DNA from: the human T2T-CHM13v2.0 reference genome, Homo sapiens | DNA length: 64,000 bases | Reading direction: 5' to 3' (one strand) | Assembly: GCF_009914755.1 (NCBI RefSeq) | Contig: NC_060932.1 | Shown here: piece by piece, positions 42,788-51,809 of the stretch | Layout of the letters: every line of letters starts with the position of its first letter | Numbering within the stretch: position 1 is the stretch's first letter | The notes under the pieces: generated by a model | Databases searched by the model: none | What the model saw: only the letters and a program-made list of their open reading frames with translations | What the model was told of the DNA's origin: nothing | Program-made: the position numbers and the translations under genes

Positions 42788-43557
42788 TCAGAATAGTTTT
42801 GTTGGAAACTATGTGCTGGGGGAAAGTGAGCATTTTGTGTGCATTAGTTCATCTCAGCTTCACAATTGGCCTGTGAAATGGTCATAATATTGATCCCACT
42901 GTGAGGCTTAGGTTTTCAGTAACTCTCCAAGAGGAAACAAGACCATATCTAGGTGATGCTGAGGTTCACAGTGCATCTGTTCCTGCTCAACAATGAGCAG
43001 AGGCATAGTGGGGAGACAAGAGCACAGGGAGTCAGCATCTCAAGAAAGACCTCCAAGCTACAGCTGAGCCCATGGAAACATCTTTGGTGCCTGTAAGAAA
43101 GAAAGGGCCACAACAGGGGGCGCACACCTGCCTTCCATCTAGTCTCCCTCCTGGTTGCTTACAGCTAGTCCCCATCCAGCACTAACTTGAGCCACAGCTT
43201 CTCCCTCAGCCCCACAAAGGAGGGACCTCCTGCTCACGCCACACCTTGTTCTGCCTGGAAGACTCTACTCCTTCCTAGTACCCAGAGTCCACTCAGAAAG
43301 GCAGTCCCATCCTCCTGCCCTCCCTTTCCTGTATGTTCTGATTCCCTGGGTCATACCTGGCTGAATTGTAAGATGCAATACAGGAAAGGGAGTTTTGTTT
43401 TCTTGAACCAGCAAAAAATGTACAACCCTATTGTTTTATTTCTTTAAAGACTGTGAGTGCCTCCTCCAGATCATCTGAGAATTTGATGGTAGTTGTACAG
43501 TAATAGAGCCAGGAGTTGAAGTGGTCGTGATAATTGCAGATGCCACCTCGGATAGAG

Positions 43558-44045
43558 GCTGTCAGTTGCTTCCTAAACATCAATTGTCCTCTATTCCTTA
43601 CTGAGGAACTCTACTTTTGTTGGAGGATGCGATGTGCCCAGGGAAAACACTATAGTTACCAGTTCTGACCCTTGCAAATAAGGGTATCCATGTGTGATAC
43701 AGTTTGGTTAATGATACTTAAGAAAAAGCCATTTGATGAGGCTTCCAACAAGGCGTCCTATCAGCTGCACAGACTCAACAGGTGCTGCGAATTTTCCCTT
43801 TAGCTCTTTCCCTTTTCCTTACTCCTGCCTGGAATCAGGTCATGATGCCCATGGTGGAATGAAGACAGCCCATTTTGGCCCTCTAAGTTCGATGAAGCAG
43901 AAAGATGGCAGGGGCGTGGCACACCAACAACATCTTGTAGCTGCTGCCCCTGGCTTGGGCAGCCTACTCTGGGACTTCATGGGGAGGAGGGTAAGACAAG
44001 GGTGAGCCTATTTGGTTAAGCACTTACAGGTGTGTTTTCTAATCC
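43558..44045 (+). mobile_element. Old MLT1 (K/L-like) LTR
   Basis: cccttgcaaataagggtatccatgtg; ctcctgcctggaat... Confidence 0.5.
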
Positions 44046-44074
44046 ACGTCCCAGAATAATCTGTACGGCCCAGT

Positions 44075-44518
44075 ACCACAGCCACCAGCCACATGTGGCT
44101 AATGAGCATTTGAATTGGGGCTCTCATTAGTGAATAACTGGTTTTAATGTTATTTTAACTAATTAAAGTTAAATTTTAAAATGGAAGCAGTGTAAGATTT
44201 TTTTTTCATTAAACACAATTTTATAGTTTGGATAGAACCGCATTTTACCTTAGGTGTTGAAAATTTTACATTGGATTGACATGTACTGTAGGTGCAAACT
44301 ACACATCAGATTTCAAAGACTTAGTCAAAATAAATAAGAATGTAAAATATCATTAATATTTTAAAATTATTGATTATATATTGAAACAGTATTCTGGATA
44401 CATTGGATTAAATAATCCTATTGAAACTAACTTCATCTGTTTCTTTTCACATTGTCAACTGGCTTCTAGAAAATTTAAAATTAAACATGTGGCTCACATT
44501 AATTTTGGACAGTGCTGC
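44075..44518. mobile_element. hAT-Charlie DNA transposon (MER3/MER33-like)
   Basis: agccaccagccacatgtggctaatgagcatttgaa ... acatgtggctcacatt...ttggacagtgctg. Confidence 0.7.
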
Positions 44519-46667
44519 TCTACTGATGCTGCACCCATTCTATGCCCCTGGCGTGTCAGGTTCTGTGATAAACACTTTAAATACATGCCACTCATGGAGG
44601 TCCTAAAGTAACTGTTTGCAGGGGAGGGGGTAATACTGCCTTCATTTTGCAAGTGCAGAAAGAGAGGCACAAAGAGGCTGCCTTGCCCCAAAGCTCCCAG
44701 ATTATTAGGGGCAGGCGCACAGTGGTATCAGACTCCTTAACTTGTGGCCTCAACCGCCATATGCTCAAGGGTAACTTACTCTTGAACTGTGCACAGATCA
44801 TGATAGTCTGTATATCTAAGTTGCTAATGCTTGCAGACCAACAGGTATGGCTACGAAGACTGAGAGAGAATTTGCTCTCAGGATAAGATTTGCCAGAGGA
44901 AGCTGGAGCGTTGCACATGCCAGCTGTCATTAGAGGTGTGATAAAGTTGATCGAGGTTGCCCAGGTATAACCAGTAACCGCAATCTCTCCATTAACAACA
45001 AGCAATGGATTTTGAGGCATTGTGTCTCCTCTTGGTATAAATCCAGACATGGTGGTGATGAGGGCTGATATTAGTGGGAAGGCTAGTGCTACGCTAGAGA
45101 AACGCCAAAGAATGAAATTCACAGAGACGTTCAGTGAGTTTGCAGTTGAGTCACCAACAAAAGTCGACTTTGATTTTGAGAAAAAATGTTTCTCTTGTAA
45201 TTCAGTGATCTAACTTAAGTCCACAATCTCAGCTTTATGTCCATTCTTTTTCCACAGCCATTTTTGTTAAGTTTGTTTCTTCCTTTCTTAACTAAAGAAA
45301 AACACAAGCCCAAGCTGGCATTTTTCTATGAAACCCGGATGTGTTCACATTTGCAGTGGGCACTAAACACTTTATCACCCCCTTGGTAGCTGTTCGGACA
45401 CTAAGGGTAACTTGACACTGACAGAAATATTTTGTTTCTGATTATTTTGCCAAACTCAGATATGTGCAGTTTTGCTGTAAAACATTCTACTAATGTGTAC
45501 AGAATTGTTTCATGTGTATCTCTATGCATCCTGACAAGAAATAGTGGACTAGGAGATGGACACGGATATTTTTACTACTGTGGCAATAATGTTTTACATT
45601 TCGACAGTGCTTTCCAAATCACAGCATCTTCCAAAGCACCAGAGGTGGTGATAACTTGATGCACTGTTGAAATACACCAAGTACTTTGGCACTCCAGCAT
45701 CACATATAACCTTTTACACCAGGAAGCAAAGGATGGAGGGTTTTTGCTGCATTGAGCAAAATAACAAAACACATTTCTGTGATGGTTATGTCCAAGAGCT
45801 TAGAGCACTTTTCAGGGTTTTCTCTGCAAATCTTTATTGTTCTCATCAGAACTCAACAAACAACTGCTATTAGCTACCCTTTACAAGCTCAGAAATAGGG
45901 ACAGAGAAAGCTTTGGATTCTGAAAATATTACCAAGTCAGGCAGTGACGGGGTCAGATACGGGCCCTGTCACCTCTCATCCTTGGCTCGTCTGTCCCCAC
46001 CTGCCTGTGTACAGGATGGCCAGCTGACCCTGGACACACCAATTCGCATTATTTTCCATCATTACTTTTTGTGCTTATATTTGAAATAGAGAAAGACTTC
46101 ACATTGAGAAACGTCCCTCCTTTAAGCTTGCCTTATTTTTTTCTCTCACTCCTCCTATTCTATATACCTTTCTTTAATCTTCCTTTGGTTCTCCTGCCTT
46201 CTTTTTCTCCATCACATTTTTCTTTCTCCTCCCCTTTTCTTTGTCTTTTTCCATTTTCACTGTCTTCCACATAAGATCATCTTTCACCATCCTCCTTCCT
46301 AGGATGGAGTTGCAATCCTATCTGGGGTTTCCTTCTCAAACTCAAGTGGTTATCAACCCCAACGCAAACTTTGTGGGGCATGTGCCTCCACATGTGGCCA
46401 CTAGGGGGTGTGTGCACAATATCTGTGTGTGTGGTTATTTATTTATTTTATTTTTTTAAGCTGCAGAAAGACAGAGCCAGGATGGCTCGATTCTCTTGTC
46501 AAAGAAGAGAGCTGACGAGAGAAACTGAGGTTTCCATCCACCAAATACTGACAGGAGGGTATAGATTTGCAGGGCAGATGGATACAGAGACAGAAAGACA
46601 GGTGTCTTCAGGTATGTGAGTGACTGGGATTGAAGGTCTGATTGTATCCATCCTCACATTGGGTGGA

Positions 46668-46735
46668 GTGTGTGTTTGTGTGTGTGTGCGCACATGCGCG
46701 TGCGTGTGCATGTGTATGTGCATGCAAGCATGTGT
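46668..46735. repeat. TG/CA-rich alternating purine-pyrimidine tract
   Basis: Read directly from the sequence. Confidence 0.8.
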
Positions 46736-49689
46736 CCAATTCTCCACTTACTATCTCTGAGTCACTTAAACCTTCTGAGCAACAGTTTCCTCATCTCTAA
46801 AAAGTGGTGGCTTGTGACTACCTGAATGAGGAAGTTTTTTGGAGCTTGTTTGAGTAAAATACAAGAGAGCCACTCATAGACCAAATAGTCCTTGGTGAAG
46901 GCACTCCAGATCTACACTGGGCTTTGAACTGTGTGAAGCCTCCCAACTTTGAAGAGTTGCTTTGTGTCCTCCCCCACTTGTGTCAAGGCTTTTCAGCCAC
47001 AGTTACAAGTTTTGAAAAAGTATTTCCTGCTGTAACTGACTGGAGTCAGGGATCAGAGTGAACACTCTTGTCTTCCTCCCTGACACATAAATGACTGATT
47101 TCTAGGTAAGGATGTGCCATCTTTTGGTGCCTGCCTTACATGACAAATGAATTGGCCTCAGATGGCTGGGTAGCATTGCTGTTCCGGGACTGCATTTTGG
47201 GAGACACGGATCCAGAATGAATGCTGAGTGCTTGCTGTGAACTGACCTCTGGACCAGGCACTGGGGCTGGGCAGCTGAGCAGGCTCTGAGGACAGTGTGA
47301 AGGCAAAGGGGTCCACAGATGACGAGGACCAGATGTGTTAAGTGTGAACAGGAGCACAAACAATGCTGGTGGAGAGGACAGAGAGTGGAAAAGCTTTAAA
47401 ATGCACATGGTGCCTATGTGAGCTTAATGCTTCAATTTCAACCTCAAAATGATCCTGTGAGGAGGATAGTAAGCAAGGCAGCTGGGGCCAAGCCGAGGTC
47501 TCTCTGGCCTTTGGTACAGTCGGATTAGGATTTCACAGTATGGCACTGCAGAGTTTTGGAGTAACTGGGATAGGATCCACCTTTCTTAAACAAAATGAAG
47601 AGGAAGCTTGTGGTGTGAACAGCAGTGAGAAGCTTGTAGTGTGAGCAGCAAATATGAAAACTTCCTCATAGACACACTCCCTACATTTTGTGTCTCCTCT
47701 GATGACACTGAGTTTGCTGCAGCTGTGTCTGACTTATTGCAGTTAGTGTCATAAAGGCCAAGGACTTGTCTTTCTCTCTCCAGGAGTCAGTAGGTGGGTG
47801 AAGAGGAGGCAGGTGTGGATTCTGGCAGACAGCGCTATGGCAGTGGGCTGGGGCCACAGGGACTTGCTGTGTTCTCAGAGATGGCCCAGTGTCACTGAGT
47901 GGGGTGGGTTTGGGAAGTACCCTTTTGTCTCTGGGGCTGAGAAGCTAGTCCCAGACCTGGATGTGAGAAGAAAGAGCAGCCACAGTTCCTTATTGCAGTG
48001 CGGGGCTTCCCGTCCAGACCTGAGCGCCTGGTCAGTCTAACCACAAACTCTGCAGATGGAGTAAGCAGCCCCAGTGCCCTGGCCTTAAGGGCCTTTGGAG
48101 AAGTCTGTTCTGTCCATGGCTATGTCCCCTGTACCCAGAGCAGTCTCTGCACATAGTATGTGCTCAGTGAGTACTGGTGTATTCTAGAGAGACCTCTTTT
48201 GGCCTGGAAGCCAAAAGACCTGAGTGTGAATACTACCTGCAGCTGCTTGTAGGAAAATCACCGGCTTTCCCAAGACCTGATTTCTCCTTTTCAAAAGAAT
48301 CAGAGGGTTAGCGCCTGCAGGAAGGTGATCTCATGAAGATGAGCGGAGTGTGCAGCACAGCATGGAGGTGCCCCACAGCCAACGGCTCAGCCAGGTTGGT
48401 GGGTGGGGACAATTTCCTGAGCATCTCACAGAGACATTCATCTCCCTCCTCCCCGGAGGACCCTGCATGAGCACTCACAGCGTTTGGCACCTGCCTTCTT
48501 GGAAGGTTCTCGGAGAAGGAGGGTCTGGAGCAGAAGATTCAGTGCCCTTGCTGTCAGTTTCCCAGTGCATAGCCCTCCTCCACAGCTGCTGGTGGACTGA
48601 CTGCCAACTCAGATCAGGGAGGGATGAAGAGCCAGTCAGGAGTGTTCCAGATTGCTACCTGGGAAGGCAGAACCAGGAAGGGAGAGAAAGAAGGGTCAGA
48701 GAGTCAGGTGGGCCTGGGATCCCCGCCGACAGCTGTGGAGCCTTAAGCAAGGTGGTATTAAACTGTCCCGGGCCTCAGTTTCCTTCTTTGTAAGTGGTGA
48801 TCAATAGAATTTTCCTTACAGGGTGTTGCGAGAACCATAGTGAATCCTAAGTCATAAACATAGGGCTGGCACTTAATAAAAATAGTGATTACTCAAGGTC
48901 TGGACTGTCACCGGGGCAGATGGTCTGAATGGAAGACACAGAGGGAGAAGAGCTGTTAGAAGAGAGAGAGTCTAAGTGTTCCAATGAAGCCGCTGGGCAT
49001 CCAGGCCCCATTGTCCTCTTCTAGCCTCATCCCAAACATTCTCTGTCCCCCTTTCCCCCTTTACAAGCAGCTGTCAGGGAACCCTACCATAGAATGTAAG
49101 TTCTGTGACACAGGAATATAAGCCAGAGGTGTATGCTTCCCTTCAGTTGTAAAAGGAAAAGACATTGTCCTATGAGTCCCTCCTGTTGTCCAGCAGGACT
49201 ACTGGCATACCCCTGGTTTTGGGGGTGTGGACTGGGAAGCTCAGGCTCTAAGTTAATTAACAAAGTGGCATAGTGAGGCAGGTAGCAGCCAGGATGCAGG
49301 CATCCAGACTCCTGCCCTTCTGGGTGAGGGTGGTTTGGGAAGTGCCCTTTTTGTTTCTGGGGCTGAGAGGCCAGTCATAGACCTGGGATTGAGAAGAGCA
49401 GCCACAAGCAGCCTACAAGCCTGACGCTGGGCCCAGGTCAGAAACAGAGGTGCGACAGTCACAGGTCCTTCACTCAGTTGGCCAGGCCGGGGCGAAGCAC
49501 CACGACCAGCAGTGAGGAGTCCACAGATGGGTGTCTGCCCAGCATCCCTGGAGTTACAGCTGAAGGGAAGGCGAGGGAGGCTCAGAAGGCCCAGAGGACA
49601 GCCTTGCAGCCGGAAAAAACCCAAAGCAAAGATCAGCTCAGCATTTCCGATAGGCAGAGTGCTGTTTTGGGTATTTCATTATGAGTTAA

Positions 49690-49860
49690 CATATTTATTC
49701 TCATGAACTTCTTATGAAATAAGTTTGGTTGTCATCTCCACTTGACGGATGAGGACCCTGAGGTGAAGAAACTTGCCCAAGGTCACAGCTAGTGAGCAGC
49801 AGATCCATGATTCCAAATCCAGGCTGTTTAACCCCAGAGGCTTTGCTTTTAACTGTGCCA
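49690..49860 (-). mobile_element. MIR
   Basis: gacggatgaggaccctgaggtgaagaaacttgcccaaggtcacagctagtgag. Confidence 0.75.
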
Positions 49861-50944
49861 TTTTTCTGCTTCTTGCAAGTTGAGACTGAAGAGAGCCATG
49901 AAGAAGACTCTTACTGGGGACTCTGAAATGACACCTTAGCCGGGGGAGGAGTGGAGCCTTGAGAGTGAGGGCAGTTGAGTACTCGGGTCTGGGACTTAGA
50001 GCTTCCAAGATTTCTACCACCTCCCACTCCCCTCGGGTTTGTAAAGCTGCCTCCATTTGCATTGGGAGTGCGGGGGGGCTGCCTGGGGGACTGTGGCGAT
50101 TGTCCTCAGGCTATTGGCTGAGAGTGGTATGCCACTGACTTATTCCTCCAAGAGACATTTCCAGTACCCTCCATCCCTGCCCCCTGTACTACACACTGGT
50201 GACCTTCCCCCTCAAAAACAAAACTCAAACTCTGTCCCTGATGCTCATGGTCTACTGAAAACAGAATTACAGCTGTCTGTGAATGACCTCTGACCAAGCT
50301 GGGGGGACACAGAGAAGGGACTTGTGACTTGCTTTGCCAGGGAGGTCCTGAGAGGCTGTCCAGGGAAGGTGACATTGAGGCCGGGACTTGAGCTGGCTGT
50401 TTGAAGGCAGGAAAAATGGCAGGGCAAGGACTGGAGTCCTTCGCCTTCCTGGGGGACGTTTATTCCACATGCCTCGGGAAATCTGAAATGGCCTTGGAGA
50501 GCATTTGCTGGGGGTTGGGGGTGGGCGGAAGGGGACAGAGAGCATTGCCACCGACAGGCGGGGCGTCCCAGGGCCTCTCCCCAGGAGCGGATGAGCTCAG
50601 ACGCGGCTCACTCAGCTGTGTCCAGGCACAGCCGGTTTATGACCTAAGAGAATGACAACCCAGGAGCAAGTCGGGATGACAAAGACGCCCAGAAGGGCAC
50701 GCGCTTTTATGTAACCGACCTCTGAGCTGGCGGATCTCAGGAGGTTGGCGCTCTGAGCTCAGGCGCGGAGAAAGGACGGCGCCCCTGCCTTACTCTCTTA
50801 TAAGTACGAGGGGACAGCAACGCGACATAACTTAGAGAAGTCCAGGAAGCTTTAGAGAGCAGGGCGGTCCCGCTGCTATTCCTCAGAGCGCGACTGGGGC
50901 GAACTGGGGCGCCCTTCCCAGCTCCAGCTCGGCCCTTGTCCCCT

Positions 50945-51040
50945 CTTCCCAGGATCACTCGCTGGGTGACCTTGGGCGAGCCACTTGACTTCTCTGAGCC
51001 CCAGTTTCCCAGTCCGTGCATCTGAAAGGCTGTAATAGCG
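50945..51040 (+). mobile_element. MIR core within the CpG island
   Basis: gctgggtgaccttgggcgagccacttgacttctctgagccccagtttccc. Confidence 0.7.
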
Positions 51041-51179
51041 TCGTGGGGCTCCCCACTCGGCCCTCAGGGCCAAAGGTGGGCGCCGGACACGCGGGAGGGG
51101 CCCTTGGACGCACCCCCTCTCGCAAACGCCCGGTTAGTCCCGGCGGACTCGCAGTGGAGAGCGGCCCCAGGAGGCGGCG

Positions 51180-51277
51180 GGCGGCGGGGCGGTGGGCGCC
51201 AGTGCGCAGGCGCGGCGCGGCAGGGCGGGGCGGCGGGCGCGGGGCGGGGCGGGGCGGAGCCGGGCGGGGCGGGGCCG
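51180..51277 (+). promoter_or_regulatory. Sp/KLF GC-box cluster plus NRF1-like site
   Basis: Repeated GGGGCGGGGC at 51241-51275; TGCGCAGGCGCG at 51203-51214. Confidence 0.7.
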
Positions 51278-51310
51278 GCGGCAGGCGCTGGGCGCTCGGC
51301 GCGGTGGCTC

Positions 51311-51721
51311 AGAGTGCGCGGGGCGGCGCGCGGCGTGCAGGTCGCAGCTGTGGCTCGGGTGCTGGCAGGTGCTGGCGGGACTGGCGGGGATCGCCGTGGA
51401 CTGCCTCAGGGGCGCCGCAGCCCGCTCGGCCCGAGGGCCCGCCTAACCGCGCCGCCCGCGCCCGCTCCTCCTCGGCCCGCGCCCGGAGCGCGGGGGCCGC
51501 CGGCGCTGGGTACTCGGCGGCCACCGGGGATCGGGGCTGAGCGGTCGGTTCCCGCCCCCGTGCCGCCGCCGCCGCCTTCCGGCCGACCGCCCGGCTTGGC
51601 CGCTGCTGCCGCGTCTGGCCCCCGGGTCCCCGCCGCTGGGGGCGCGGGCGGGGTCGGGGGTTGCCGGGCGCCGCCCCCCGTGCGCCTGGAGTCCACATCC
51701 CGGGCCCGGCGGCCGGCGAGC
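51311..51721 (+). other. KHDRBS3: Probable 5'UTR of KHDRBS3 exon 1 (TSS approximate)
   Basis: Very GC-rich and AUG-free, directly downstream of the GC-box cluster, with an Inr-like tc|Agag at 51311. The exact TSS is inferred, not demonstrated. Confidence 0.7.
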
Positions 51722-51809
51722 ATGGAGGAGAAGTACCTGCCCGAGCTGATGGCGGAGAAGGACTCCCTGGACCCCTCCTTCACGCACGCCCTGCGCCTGG
51801 TGAACCAAG
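51722..51809 (+). CDS. KHDRBS3: KHDRBS3 (SLM-2/T-STAR) first coding exon, [29 protein letters not shown] + 1 nt (QUA1 dimerisation region); the rest of the CDS lies beyond the window
   Basis: The translation matches the recalled KHDRBS3 N-terminus; the paralog Sam68 reads ...FTHAMQLL instead. Strong Kozak context gcgAgcATGG, donor AAG|gtgagg at 51810 (phase 1), located in a CpG island. Confidence 0.97.

Noticed and set aside
50797-50804. Palindromic CTTATAAG as a TATA box
   Set aside because: About 500 bp from the inferred TSS and a poor TATAWAW match; no evidence for a transcript starting there.
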